From Candidatus Eiseniibacteriota bacterium (lineage in GTDB: Bacteria; Eisenbacteria; RBG-16-71-46; CAZAMP01), in NCBI GenBank assembly GCA_965224245.1, contig OZ245046.1, forward strand, positions 4,672,001-4,736,000: a DNA stretch of 64,000 nucleotides, read 5' to 3'. Positions within the stretch are counted from its first letter, which is position 1, and each line of letters starts with the position of its first letter. Of this stretch, positions 31,393 through 41,310 are shown in pieces. The position numbers were made by a program, and so were the translations under genes. Under the pieces are notes generated by a model that saw only the letters and a program-made list of their open reading frames with translations, had not been told where the DNA came from and ran no database searches.

Positions 31393-32763
31393 TTGCGCGC
31401 GCTTCACCCCGACCGAGCCCTTCTCGCCGCCGCCTGCGCGGCTCTCGTCGCGACATCGGCCTCGGCGCAGTCATCGGAGAACGTCACCATCCTCGGCCAG
31501 ATCTGGACGTCCGAGTGGCACGCCGATCTCTGGGGCTACGCCGCCGACGGCGTCGAGATCGCCATCCAGGGCGTGTACGACCGGACGTACTTCTTCGACG
31601 TGACCGACCCCGCCAACATCCAGATCGTCTACGAGCTGCCGGGGCCCGACTCGATCTGGCGCGACATCAAGACGTATGACCACTACGCGTACGTCGTGAA
31701 CGACGACCTCGGCCTCGGGGGACGCGGCATTCAGGTCGTGGACATGTCCGACCCGCTGAACCCGGTGCTCGTGCGCGAGGTGATGGATCACTTCACCACC
31801 GCCCACAACGTCTGGATCGATCAGGAGCTGGGTCTCCTGTTCGCGCCCGGCGCCGGCTCGTCGACGTTCGTGTACGACCTCATCGCCGATCCGTCGAACC
31901 CGACGTACCTCTACGACTTCAATCAGTACTACGTGCACGACATGCACTCGCGCGGCGGCATCGGCTACATGTCGGCGGTCTACGAGGGAACCATCGACAC
32001 GGTCGACCTGACGAACATCCCGACCTCGATGAACACGCTCGACGCGGCCACCACCGTGGGCGCCTTCACCCACAACTCGTGGACCGACGCCGAGAACGAG
32101 TACTGCTACACCGGCGACGAGGTCAGCGGCGGCCCGGTGACGATCGTGAACGTGTCGAACCCGAGCAACATCTCGGTCGTCGGCTCGTGGTCGAACCCGG
32201 ACGACCCCACCGCGACGATGCACAACGTCGTCGGCAAGGGCGACTACCTGTACATCGGGTGGTACCACTCGGGGTTCATCGTGCTCGACATCTCCGATCG
32301 CGAGAATCCGTTTCGCACCGCGTACTACGACACGTACGCCGGCACCGGCAGCGGGTATGACGGCGGCTGGGGCTGCTACGTCGACGCGCCCTCGGGCAAC
32401 ATCTACTACTCGGACATCAACAACGGCCTGTTCATCTTCGAGGTGGATCTCGGCATCGTGTCGGTGCCGGGCGCGTCGACTTCCACACCGATCCATCTGT
32501 CGCCGGCCGCGCCGAACCCGATGCTGACCGAGGCGCTGATCCAGTTCGAGCTGAACGTGACCACCGAGGCACGGCTCACCGTGTACGACGCCCGCGGACG
32601 ATTCGTGCGCGATCTCATGGACGGGGCACTCGGGGCGGGACCGCACGCGGTCACCTGGGATGCCCGCGACGCGAGCGGCAAGGCCACTTCGCCGGGCGTC
32701 TACTACGTCACGCTGACGTCGGACGGCACGCGGCAGACGCAGAAGATCGTCCGCGCCCGGTAG
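31393..32763 (+). CDS. Secreted choice-of-anchor-B/LVIVD-type protein with C-terminal FlgD-Ig/T9SS-like domain
   Basis: GGAGG RBS then TTG; DLWGY, WRDIKTY, AHNVWID, YVHD, HNSW, HNV His motifs; APNP...YDARGRFVR...WDARD...PGVYY...KIVRAR. Confidence 0.8.
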   Translation: MRALHPDRALLAAACAALVATSASAQSSENVTILGQIWTSEWHADLWGYAADGVEIAIQGVYDRTYFFDVTDPANIQIVYELPGPDSIWRDIKTYDHYAYVVNDDLGLGGRGIQVVDMSDPLNPVLVREVMDHFTTAHNVWIDQELGLLFAPGAGSSTFVYDLIADPSNPTYLYDFNQYYVHDMHSRGGIGYMSAVYEGTIDTVDLTNIPTSMNTLDAATTVGAFTHNSWTDAENEYCYTGDEVSGGPVTIVNVSNPSNISVVGSWSNPDDPTATMHNVVGKGDYLYIGWYHSGFIVLDISDRENPFRTAYYDTYAGTGSGYDGGWGCYVDAPSGNIYYSDINNGLFIFEVDLGIVSVPGASTSTPIHLSPAAPNPMLTEALIQFELNVTTEARLTVYDARGRFVRDLMDGALGAGPHAVTWDARDASGKATSPGVYYVTLTSDGTRQTQKIVRAR

Positions 32764-33061
32764 CCGGACCGATCGATCGCCGGAGGCCGGCCCATCGCCG
32801 CGTCTCCGGCGCCTCAGTGCTCATTTCCGCGCGGCGTTCGCGGCCGCGCGAGCACTACCACGCGACAGGCGATGCTCGGGCATCGATCCTCCCTGGGAGT
32901 GCTGCGTCTTCTCGCACGACGGGGGCTGACCGGGATGGGCCGTGTACCCGGGTACACTCCCGAGCCACGCCGCCCCGCGTCGACACCCCGAATGGCGCAG
33001 CCTCCCTTGCCTCGAGACTGCGACCCTTGTTCTGTCAGATCGATGCCGTGGAAAGCTCGCC

Positions 33062-34207
33062 TCAGACGAACCGGCCCGCCCACAGGTCGTCCAGGAAGTC
33101 CTCCACGGGCAGAATCTCGACGTCGCCGTCCAGCCGACGCCGCGGCTCGGTAGCCACGACGAGCATCCGATCGAGATCCAGCTCTTCTCGCAGGTACGCG
33201 AGCCCGCGAAGGTCGCGCGGCGAGACACGGGACTTGGCCTTGACCTCGATCGCGATTCGATCCCCGACGAGAAAGTCGACCTCGATCCGCGACCGCGATC
33301 GCCAGTACGTCAGCGGGAGATCGCTCCGGACGTAGTCGAGCCTCGCCCGGAGCTCGAGAAACACCAGGTGCTCGAGCGCTCGACCGAACGTCTCGGAGCC
33401 GGCCCGGATCTCCGAGCGCCCGAGGAGCGTGTTGGCAACCCCCACGTCGAAGAAGTAGAACTTCGACGTCGCCACCGGCTTTCGCTTGACGGTCTTGGTG
33501 TACGCCGGGAGAAGGTGACCGATCAGCGTGTCCTCCAGCACCTGGAAGTACTCGCGCACCGTGCGCGGCGGCACGCCGGCGTCGTTGCCGACCGACGTGA
33601 AGTTCACCTGCTCGCCGTTGCTGGCGCCGGCCACGTCGAGAAAGCGAGAGAAGCGCTCGACGGACCTCGTCAGTCCCTCGTCGCGGATTTCCTCCCGGAG
33701 ATACGTGCCGACGTAGGCCTTCAGGTCCTCGTGCGGGGCCGGCGAGTCGATCACCGCCGGCAGGCTGCCGTGGTTCAGCCGATCGAGGAGTCGTCCGCGA
33801 CCGAGCTCGGCGTGCACCAGCGGGTGCAGATGGGTGACCCACGCCCGCCCGGCGAGAAGGTTGGCCCCGCCGCGCTTCAGCTTCCGAGCGCTGCTGCCGG
33901 TGAGTACGAAGCGCAGACCCGGGTGCCGCTCGATCATGAGGTGCACCTCGTCGAGAAGTCCGGGCAGCTTCTGAATCTCGTCGATGACGACGAGCCGGGC
34001 GTCCGGCGGGAGCGTCTGACGGATGTACTCGTTTCGCGTGCTCAGCTCGCGGAACGTGTCCGCTTCGAGCAGGTCGAAGAAGATCGCGTCCGGAAAGCGG
34101 CGGCGCAACAGCGTGCTCTTTCCGGTCTGCCGGGCGCCGAACAGGAAGAGCGACCGGTGACGCAGGAGCGATTTCAGATCCAGCTCACGTTCGTACATGT
34201 GGCTCAT
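33062..34207 (-). CDS. AAA_14 ATPase with C-terminal DUF4143 (PD-(D/E)xK-like) domain
   Basis: GARQTGKST Walker A, IDEIQK Walker B, LTGSSA, LAGRA, KFYFFDVG, EVDF...AIEVK. Alternative start 34198. Confidence 0.9.
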   Translation of the reverse strand: MSHMYERELDLKSLLRHRSLFLFGARQTGKSTLLRRRFPDAIFFDLLEADTFRELSTRNEYIRQTLPPDARLVVIDEIQKLPGLLDEVHLMIERHPGLRFVLTGSSARKLKRGGANLLAGRAWVTHLHPLVHAELGRGRLLDRLNHGSLPAVIDSPAPHEDLKAYVGTYLREEIRDEGLTRSVERFSRFLDVAGASNGEQVNFTSVGNDAGVPPRTVREYFQVLEDTLIGHLLPAYTKTVKRKPVATSKFYFFDVGVANTLLGRSEIRAGSETFGRALEHLVFLELRARLDYVRSDLPLTYWRSRSRIEVDFLVGDRIAIEVKAKSRVSPRDLRGLAYLREELDLDRMLVVATEPRRRLDGDVEILPVEDFLDDLWAGRFV

Positions 34208-34225
34208 TGTGCCCGAGAATTCTGC

Positions 34226-34250
34226 AATTCCGCAATTGAGTTGCGGATTT
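34226..34250. promoter_or_regulatory. Inverted repeat immediately upstream of the AAA_14 gene (putative operator)
   Basis: AATTCCGCAA-TTGAG-TTGCGGATTT (9/10 arm match). Confidence 0.5.
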
Positions 34251-34539
34251 TAACTAACTATCGGCAACGTTGCTGCGGATATGCAGACTCCGGCGGAGCC
34301 GTACCGAGCAGAGCTGGTCCAATTCTGGGTCCGGAAGACTCGGGCCTCGCAGTTGGGGACGTCGGGTTGGATAGTATAATATATTGATTCTAAATCGGTT
34401 ACAAGGACGATCGCGTTCTCGCCCGGCCCGGAAGACCGAGCCTCGACTGGCGGACCGGGGAGCCGCCGAACCACGACACGACCGCCGGCAGGATAGGTCC
34501 CACGACGGGCACCGGGCCGCCCAGCCTGCCGGCCCGCGA

Positions 34540-36453
34540 CTAGTTTTTCTTCGGCGCCTTCGCCGCCGCCGCCTCGGTCAGGATGTCCTGCATCCGCTCG
34601 ACGAGGCGGTGCGGATCGGACAGATACCCGTCGGCCAGCATCGCGCCCTCGAAGATCTGCTCCACCGCCTGGGTCAGAAACGGGTCGGACCGGTCGGCCT
34701 TCGCGATGCTCGACAGGTGCGCGATCATCGGGTGCTTGGGATTGATCTCGAGCGTCTTCTTGGGGAGCTCGTGGTCCTTGTTGATGATGCGCATGAGCTT
34801 GTCCATGCCGCCCGACGCCCCGTCCTCGCTGACGAGACACGCTGCCGAGCTCACGAGCCGCTCGGACGACTTCACGTCCTTCACGCGATCGCCCAGGATC
34901 TTCTTGAAGATCGACGCCAGGGAGATGACCTCGGAGTCGTCCAGCGCCTCGGTCTTCGCGGCGTCGGTGTCCGCCTCGACGTCCGGCAGCTCGGAGAGGT
35001 CGTCCGGGTTCACCTGATCGGCCGACTTCAGGGGCTTGTCCTGGTACGTGCCGATCCCGTTCAGCACGAACTCGTCGGCCAGGTCGTAGAGGTACAGGAC
35101 CTCGACACCCTTCTTCCGGAACAGCTCCAGCCGGGGATCCCGCGCGAGCGCGTCGTGCGAGGAGCCCGAGAGGTAATACACGGCCTTCTGATTCTCGGGC
35201 ATCCGCGCCACGTACTCGGCGAGCCCGACCAGCTCGTCACCGCTCTCGGAGGCCGAGCTGTTGAAGCGATAGAGCTCGTTCAGTCGCTCGGCGTTCGCGA
35301 AGTCCATGTGACCTTCCTTGAGCATGCGCCCGTAGGTGGTCCAGAACGCCGCGTACCCCGCCTCGTCGTCCTTGGCCAGCTTCGCGAACCGATCGAGGAG
35401 CCGCTTGGTCAAGACGTCGCGGATCTTGATCATGTAGCGGTTCTCCTGCAGCGACTCGCGCGAGATGTTCAGCGGCAGGTCCTCGGACTCCACGACGCCG
35501 CGCACGAAGCGCAGGTACTTGGGCAGGAGGTCCTGGTTCTCGGCGTCGATCAGCACGCGCTTCACGTAGAGGTGAAGGCTCACCTCCTGCTCGCCGAACC
35601 CGAGGATCTCCTGGCTGGTCTTCGGCACGAAGAGCAGGGCCGAGAACTGGATCGGGCTGTCCGCCGACGTGTGCAGGCGGCAGACCGGATCCTCGCTGTC
35701 GTTGGTCAGGAAGTGGAAGAACTCGTTGTACTCCTCGTCCTTCAGCTGCGAGGGCTGCTCGCGCCAGAGGGCCTTCGTCTTGTTCTGCCGCTCGTTCTCG
35801 ATGAAGATCGGGAACGGGACGAAGTTCGAGTACTTCCGGATGGCGTCCTCGATCACGTACTTCTCGGCGAAGCGCTCCTCGCCCTTGCGGAGGACAGCCT
35901 CCACGCGCGTGCCGCGCGGGATGTCCGGGTCGTCGAGGATCTCCAGCGTGTACGTGCCGAGACCGTCGCTGGTCCAGCGGACGGGCTTCGCGTCCCGACG
36001 CGCCGATCGCGTGGTCAGGATCACCTTCTCCGCCGCCATGAACACCGAGTAGAACCCGATCCCGAAGCGGCCGATCAGGCTCATGTCCTTCTTCGCGGCC
36101 TCGCCCATCTTCTCCAGGAACTCCGCCGCGCCGGACCTGGCGATCGTGCCGATGTTCTCCTTCAGCTCGTCGTCGGTCATCCCGACGCCGGTGTCGGTGA
36201 TGATGAAGACCTTCTCGTCGTCGCGCTCCTCGGTCTCGATCTTGATCTGGTGCGCCAGATCGTCGTTCACGATCTCGGTGCCCTGGACCTCGAGGAAACG
36301 CACCTTCTCCAGCGCGTCGGCAGCGTTCGAGATGAGCTCCCGGATGAAGATGTCCTTGGACGTGTAGACCGAGTGAACCAGGATATCGAGAAGCTGGGCG
36401 ATGCCGGCCTGGAACTGGTACTCGGTCGGCGTCGACTGAGTCTCGCTCGCCAT
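34540..36453 (-). CDS. htpG: Molecular chaperone HtpG (Hsp90)
   Basis: FIRELISNAADA, DTGVGM, NIGTIARSG, IGRFGIGFYS, LRFVRGVVESEDLPLNISRE, LEINPKHP. Confidence 0.97.
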   Translation of the reverse strand: MASETQSTPTEYQFQAGIAQLLDILVHSVYTSKDIFIRELISNAADALEKVRFLEVQGTEIVNDDLAHQIKIETEERDDEKVFIITDTGVGMTDDELKENIGTIARSGAAEFLEKMGEAAKKDMSLIGRFGIGFYSVFMAAEKVILTTRSARRDAKPVRWTSDGLGTYTLEILDDPDIPRGTRVEAVLRKGEERFAEKYVIEDAIRKYSNFVPFPIFIENERQNKTKALWREQPSQLKDEEYNEFFHFLTNDSEDPVCRLHTSADSPIQFSALLFVPKTSQEILGFGEQEVSLHLYVKRVLIDAENQDLLPKYLRFVRGVVESEDLPLNISRESLQENRYMIKIRDVLTKRLLDRFAKLAKDDEAGYAAFWTTYGRMLKEGHMDFANAERLNELYRFNSSASESGDELVGLAEYVARMPENQKAVYYLSGSSHDALARDPRLELFRKKGVEVLYLYDLADEFVLNGIGTYQDKPLKSADQVNPDDLSELPDVEADTDAAKTEALDDSEVISLASIFKKILGDRVKDVKSSERLVSSAACLVSEDGASGGMDKLMRIINKDHELPKKTLEINPKHPMIAHLSSIAKADRSDPFLTQAVEQIFEGAMLADGYLSDPHRLVERMQDILTEAAAAKAPKKN

Positions 36454-36581
36454 GGGTCGTCACCTCCGGAGTGTTCGTATCGCGCGTCGGCGCGGGGCGC
36501 CTGGCCCCGCCCGGGATTTCGTCGGCGCGGGATTCTATCGGCTCGGGGCGCCGCTGCCAAGCCGGGCCGTCGGGCCGGGCC

Positions 36582-37688
36582 TCATCGGCTCTGGATGCCG
36601 ATCGTGAGGCTCCAGAGATCGTAGCGCCGGACCGGCACGAGGCGCTGCAGGTTGTCGTCGTAGCGGAGCTCGAGCGTCACCGCGGTCCGCTCGCCGACGC
36701 GCCGTGACACGCCCGCTGCCACGCCGTAGGCCAGGAAGTCGTCGCGCGTACGCTGACCGGGGGGCACCTCGTACGGGAAGTCGACGTAGTCGGCGTACAC
36801 GGACGTCCAGCCCACGTAGCCGATCCCAAGCTGCACGTACGGCTCGGTCGGACCGGGCAGCGGCGACACCCGCCCCAGACCGGAGAGGCTGAACACCGAC
36901 TCGGTCCGACCCGGGCGCCACCAGCCCACCTCGACCCCCACGTCCACGTGGGGCCGCAGCGGGCGCAGGATGGCCAGGCGGCCGCCGCCGCCCCCGTCCG
37001 GCGCCCGGGGATCGGCGCTCGCGGCCGCGCCCATCTGGACGTGTAGCGTGCCGAGAGGACGATCCCCGCGCAGCGACGGCGGTGCGTCCGCGGGCGCGTC
37101 GTCCGGATAGACTCGCTCCCACCGTTCGGCCACCCCCCCGAACACCCAGCCCACGGCCCGCCCCCCGAGGTACCCCACACCGATGCCGAGGGGCACGAGC
37201 ACCCAGCAGCCCGATTCGTCGGCGATGCCGCTGCAGTAGAGCGCGACCAGCGTCGCGTACCCGCCGAGACCGATCGCGCCGGCGACCCCGAGCGTGCGTC
37301 CCGCTGATCGGGCCGCGGTGGTCCTAGCCCAGATGCCGTCGACGTCGTCGATGGAGAGGCGCATCGGCCGGCCGGCGCTCGCCGCGCTCCCCGCTCGCCA
37401 GTCGCGGAGCTCGAGGGCGTCCACGTCCCAGCGGATGACCGTGCCCTCGACGGTGTCCCCGTCGCGCAGCGAGGCGCGGACACGCCGTCCGGGAGCGACC
37501 TCCGCCCGCGTGGCGAGGTCGGGCACCTCCGCGAGGTCGGGGCTTTCGGCGAGGTCGGGGACCTCGGCGGTCCCGACCGCGGCGGCGACCGCCACGGGGA
37601 GTGCGAGCAGGACGGCGACGCACCGGAGCCGGTGCACGCCGGCGCGCGTGCGCGGGGCGGGGGAGGTTTTGCGACTGCGCTGCAGCAT
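36582..37688 (-). CDS. Exported hypothetical protein with probable C-terminal outer-membrane beta-barrel
   Basis: Signal-like segment, Sm-like RVRASLRDGDTVEG, Gly-zipper helices, alternating beta-strands (PYVQLGIG, YGVAAGV, LELRY, WSLTIGIQ). Confidence 0.5.
   Translation of the reverse strand: MLQRSRKTSPAPRTRAGVHRLRCVAVLLALPVAVAAAVGTAEVPDLAESPDLAEVPDLATRAEVAPGRRVRASLRDGDTVEGTVIRWDVDALELRDWRAGSAASAGRPMRLSIDDVDGIWARTTAARSAGRTLGVAGAIGLGGYATLVALYCSGIADESGCWVLVPLGIGVGYLGGRAVGWVFGGVAERWERVYPDDAPADAPPSLRGDRPLGTLHVQMGAAASADPRAPDGGGGGRLAILRPLRPHVDVGVEVGWWRPGRTESVFSLSGLGRVSPLPGPTEPYVQLGIGYVGWTSVYADYVDFPYEVPPGQRTRDDFLAYGVAAGVSRRVGERTAVTLELRYDDNLQRLVPVRRYDLWSLTIGIQSR
37513..37566. repeat. 18-bp tandem repeat x3 (EVPDLA/ESPDLA/EVPDLA)
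   Basis: gcgaggtcgggcacctcc / gcgaggtcggggctttcg / gcgaggtcggggacctcg. Confidence 0.85.
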
Positions 37689-37824
37689 GGGCTCGGTCCT
37701 CGCGTCGACCCGGGGACACCTCACGATCCCACAATCCCGCTCCCGAGGTCTAGACATCGCCGCGGTGGCGAACGAAGATCGTCTCGACGTGCCCTCGACC
37801 CCACGCGCGGAAGGAACATCCGAC

Positions 37825-38556
37825 ATGACCCGACGATCGACCGCCCTGGGCGCGGCCCTGCTCGCGATCATCCCGAGCTCGGCGAGCGTGGCCGACACCG
37901 CCGTGCTGAACCCGATTCTCGACAACACGCTCTACGAGCGTCCCGACGGCGCGATCAGCAACGGCGCCGGCGACCACATGTTCTCCGGCACCGCCAACGA
38001 CGGCGAGGTCCGGCGTGCGGTGCTCACGTTCGACCTCTCGTCGATTCCGCCCGGCGCCACGGTCAGCTCGGTGTCCCTGGCGCTGACGATGACGCGCACG
38101 ACCGCCGGCACCGAGACGCACGACCTGCACCGGATGAGCGCGAGCTGGGGAGAGGGCAGCAGCGACGCCATTCGCCAGGAGGGCGCCGGTGCCCCGTCCG
38201 CCGACGGCGACGCCACGTGGATCCATCAGTTCTTTCCGGACGTGATGTGGTCGACCCCCGGCGGGTCGTTCGCGACACCGGTCTCGGCGTCGACCGACGT
38301 CGCGGACGACGGAACCTACGTCTGGAGCGGCGCGGGCCTGATCTCAGACGTGGTGATCTGGCTGAACGACCCGGACGAGAACTTCGGGTGGATCCTGATC
38401 GGCAACGAGTCCAACGAGCGGACCGCCAAGCGCTTCTCGACCAAGGACAATCCCAGCAACGCCCAGTGGCCCACGTTGACGATCGATTACACGCCGATGT
38501 CGCCCACCGTGCCCGATTCGTGGAGCGGCGTGAAGTCGCACTACGGCACGAGATAG
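37825..38556 (+). CDS. Secreted DNRLRE-domain (CBM96-like) protein with SWxxVKxxY C-terminal tail
   Basis: AAGGA RBS, signal peptide, DNTLYE, RRAVLTFDLS.IP, W.EG, NFGWIL, PTLTIDY, then SPTVPDSWSGVKSHYGTR. Confidence 0.7.
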   Translation: MTRRSTALGAALLAIIPSSASVADTAVLNPILDNTLYERPDGAISNGAGDHMFSGTANDGEVRRAVLTFDLSSIPPGATVSSVSLALTMTRTTAGTETHDLHRMSASWGEGSSDAIRQEGAGAPSADGDATWIHQFFPDVMWSTPGGSFATPVSASTDVADDGTYVWSGAGLISDVVIWLNDPDENFGWILIGNESNERTAKRFSTKDNPSNAQWPTLTIDYTPMSPTVPDSWSGVKSHYGTR

Positions 38557-38674
38557 GGACTCCCGAGCGCGATCACGCTTCCCGGGGCGCCGCGTGGCTT
38601 GCAATCGTGGCGCGACACGTCTGGCTGGCGCCCGAGCTCGCGCTGTTCGCGACGTCGCAGCGCCACTCGCGCCA

Positions 38675-40033
38675 TCAGGTGATCCGGTACTTCTCGATGC
38701 GATAGACGAGGACGTGACGGGGGATCCCCAGGTACTCCGCGGTTCGCGTGCGGTTGCCGCCATGCTTGGCCAGCGCGCGCACGATCACCTCGCGCTCGAG
38801 ATCCGGAAGCGACAGGCCGTCGTCCGGGAGTGTTCCGAGGAACTCCCGGCGCTCGGACTCTCCGTCGGTCGCGTCCGACGGCATCTCGAGTCCCAGGCCG
38901 ATCTCGTCGAGCACGTCGCCGTCTCGAAGCAGCACCATGCGCTGGCACAGGTTCGCGAGCTCACGCACGTTGCCCGGCCACGGCCGCTCCATGAGCTTGC
39001 GGATCAGCCCCGGGCTCGATCGCACCGCGGCGCCCTTGGCGTACGTTTGCACGAAGTGCTCCCAGAGCGCCGGGATGTCCTCTCGACGCTCCCGCAGCGG
39101 AGGGATGTGCACGGGGATGACGTTCAGCCGGTAGAACAGATCCTCGCGAAAGCGACCCGCCTTCACGCGACGCTCGAGGTCCGCGTTGGTGGCGGCCACG
39201 AGTCGGACGTCCACCGCGACCGGTTTTCGATCCCCGATCACGTCGACCTCTCCGGTCTCGATGACCCGCAGCAGCTTCGCCTGCAGGTCCTCGGGGAGAT
39301 CGGCGACCTCGTCCAGGAGCAACGTCCCGCCCGACGCTTGCATGAAGCGGCCCGGCTTGTCGCGAACCGCACCCGTGAACGCGCCTCGAACGTGTCCGAA
39401 CAGCTCGGACTCCATGAGATCTCTCGGGATCGCCGCACAGTTGACGGCGACGAAGGGACGCTCCCAGCGGTCCGAATGCGCGTGGAGCGTCTTGGCAACC
39501 ACCTCCTTGCCGACACCGCTCTCGCCGGTGATCAGCACGGTGGCATCGGTCGTCGCGATGCGGCGGATCTTCTGCACGACGCTCTCCATGACCGGTGACA
39601 CGTGGATGAGCTCGGTGCGGCGCGCGCTCTCCCGCAATCGGTGACGAAGGGTCCGGTTTTCGTCTCGCAAGCGCCTCCGCTCGAGCGCCTGGTCGATCGT
39701 CAGCTTCAGCTCGTCGCGGTTGTAGGGCTTGGTGACGTAGTCGTCCGCGCCGAGCTTCATGACCTCGACGGCGTCCTCGATCGTTCCGAACGCGGTCACC
39801 ACGATGACCGGCAGGTCGGCGTCGATCTCCTTCACGCGCCGCACCACGTCCACGCCCCCCATCCCGGGCATCTTCAGGTCCGTCAAGACGACGTCGGGCT
39901 CGAACGCCTTCAGCCCGGCGAGACCCCTCTCGCCGCTTTCGAACGATTCCACTTCGTGATCGAGCTCCTGGAGCGTGAATGTCAGGACCTCGCGGAAGCC
40001 CGCATCGTCGTCGATCAGGAGAATCCTAGCCAT
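38675..40033 (-). CDS. Sigma54-dependent response regulator (NtrC/ZraR family)
   Basis: REC domain (LLIDDD, DLKMPG), GESGVGKE, ESELFGH, GAFTGA, RFREDLFYRL, WPGNVREL, Fis-type HTH. Confidence 0.95.
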   Translation of the reverse strand: MARILLIDDDAGFREVLTFTLQELDHEVESFESGERGLAGLKAFEPDVVLTDLKMPGMGGVDVVRRVKEIDADLPVIVVTAFGTIEDAVEVMKLGADDYVTKPYNRDELKLTIDQALERRRLRDENRTLRHRLRESARRTELIHVSPVMESVVQKIRRIATTDATVLITGESGVGKEVVAKTLHAHSDRWERPFVAVNCAAIPRDLMESELFGHVRGAFTGAVRDKPGRFMQASGGTLLLDEVADLPEDLQAKLLRVIETGEVDVIGDRKPVAVDVRLVAATNADLERRVKAGRFREDLFYRLNVIPVHIPPLRERREDIPALWEHFVQTYAKGAAVRSSPGLIRKLMERPWPGNVRELANLCQRMVLLRDGDVLDEIGLGLEMPSDATDGESERREFLGTLPDDGLSLPDLEREVIVRALAKHGGNRTRTAEYLGIPRHVLVYRIEKYRIT

Positions 40034-41093
40034 TGCTTCCTCGAAGCGGGATGTCGACCTCCACCAGAGCGCCGCCGCCGTCGGCGTTGGCGAGTCGAAT
40101 CTCTCCGCCGTGCAGCTCGATGATTCGATGCGAGACCGCGAGCCCGAGGCCCGAGCCGTGCTCCCGGGTCGTGAAGAAAGGTGTGAAGGCGTTCTCCAGC
40201 TCCTCGCTCGTGAAGCCGCGCCCGGAGTCCTCGACGCGAAGAACGAATCGATCTACGGTCGCGCGACACGACACGCGAACGGACCCGCCGTACCCGGCCG
40301 CCTGACACGCGTTCAGGAGCACGTTCAGCACGACCTGGCGCAGCTGCTCGCGATCGCCGCGCACCTCCGGGAGACCGGGCGGCGGCGGCTCGATCCGCAG
40401 CCGGGCGGCCTGCCCCTCGGTCTGTCCCTCGAGCAGCGCCACGACGTCCTCGATCTCGGCGGACATGTCGAAGTCTTCCCGATCGAGCCGCCGCGGACGC
40501 GCGAACGTCAGGAATCGCGTGAGGACGTTGTTCAGACGCTCGGACTCGTCGAGGAGGATTCTGAGCATCCGGTGCTTTCGATGATCCGGGGGGAAGTCGT
40601 CCGCGAGAATCTCCGCCGACCCCTTGATCGAGGCCAGAGGGTTCCGGATCTCGTGCGCGAGCCCCGCGGACAGCCGGCCGACCGCGGCCAGCTTGGCGGC
40701 CGTCAACAGCTGGCTCTCGGTGCTGCGGAGCTGCTCGATGCTGGCCTGGAGCTCGCGCTGCGTGCGGGTGAGCCGCGACACCAGCGATCCGGTGATCAGG
40801 CCCACCGCCAGGTACAGCAGCATCTCGAGCAGCTTCTCGGTGTTGTTGGCGGGGTCGGTCGTGATGTGTCCGAACGCGTGCGGGAAGTACGCGATGCACA
40901 CCACCGCGGCGGCCAGCAGGCCGCCCCGGAAGCCGTGGAGAAACGCGGCCAGGATGATCGGCAGGTAGTACAGACGCCGGTAGATGTCGTGCAGATGGTG
41001 CTCGTGCGTGCCGGTGGCATAGTGGAGCATCGTGATGGCGGCGATGACGGCGTACACACCAAGCGTGTACGCGGTTGTGGGTCGCCATGTCAC
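40026..41093 (-). CDS. Membrane-embedded sensor histidine kinase with His-rich input domain
   Basis: About 4 TM helices with HYATGTHEHHLHDIY and PHAFGH; AHEIRNPL H-box, NVLLNA, DSGRG, FFTT, GSGLGL. Confidence 0.9.
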   Translation of the reverse strand: MTWRPTTAYTLGVYAVIAAITMLHYATGTHEHHLHDIYRRLYYLPIILAAFLHGFRGGLLAAAVVCIAYFPHAFGHITTDPANNTEKLLEMLLYLAVGLITGSLVSRLTRTQRELQASIEQLRSTESQLLTAAKLAAVGRLSAGLAHEIRNPLASIKGSAEILADDFPPDHRKHRMLRILLDESERLNNVLTRFLTFARPRRLDREDFDMSAEIEDVVALLEGQTEGQAARLRIEPPPPGLPEVRGDREQLRQVVLNVLLNACQAAGYGGSVRVSCRATVDRFVLRVEDSGRGFTSEELENAFTPFFTTREHGSGLGLAVSHRIIELHGGEIRLANADGGGALVEVDIPLRGSNG

Positions 41094-41137
41094 GGGACGC
41101 GGCCTCCGCCAAAGGACCTCGAGTTCATCCCCATTGA

Positions 41138-41189
41138 GCTGAAGAATATCCTACAGCGCGCGGAGCGATGCTGAGGAATATTCTCTACC
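41138..41189. promoter_or_regulatory. Two tandem imperfect palindromes, putative upstream activator sites for the sigma54 activator
   Basis: GCTGAAGAATATCCTACAGC (41138) and GCTGAGGAATATTCTCTACC (41170), 32 bp apart, about 120-170 bp upstream of the -24 element. Confidence 0.65.
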
Positions 41190-41310
41190 GGGGAGTCGAC
41201 TGACCTCCAATCCGAGAACCTCAGCCCTGCCTCTCTCGAAACCGTAATGGACTGTAAAAAATAATACTTACGACCTTGGCGGGATCCCTGTCGGCCCCGG
41301 ACGGCGCTTC

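Noticed and set aside
34368-34395. Possible dif (XerC/D) site
   Set aside because: Right arm matches the E. coli XerD arm only 8/11 and the left arm is poor; better explained as an AT-rich promoter or IHF-like site
26861-37566. Short direct repeats considered as CRISPR arrays
   Set aside because: Units are adjacent with no unique spacers, are in-frame within CDSs, and no cas genes are present
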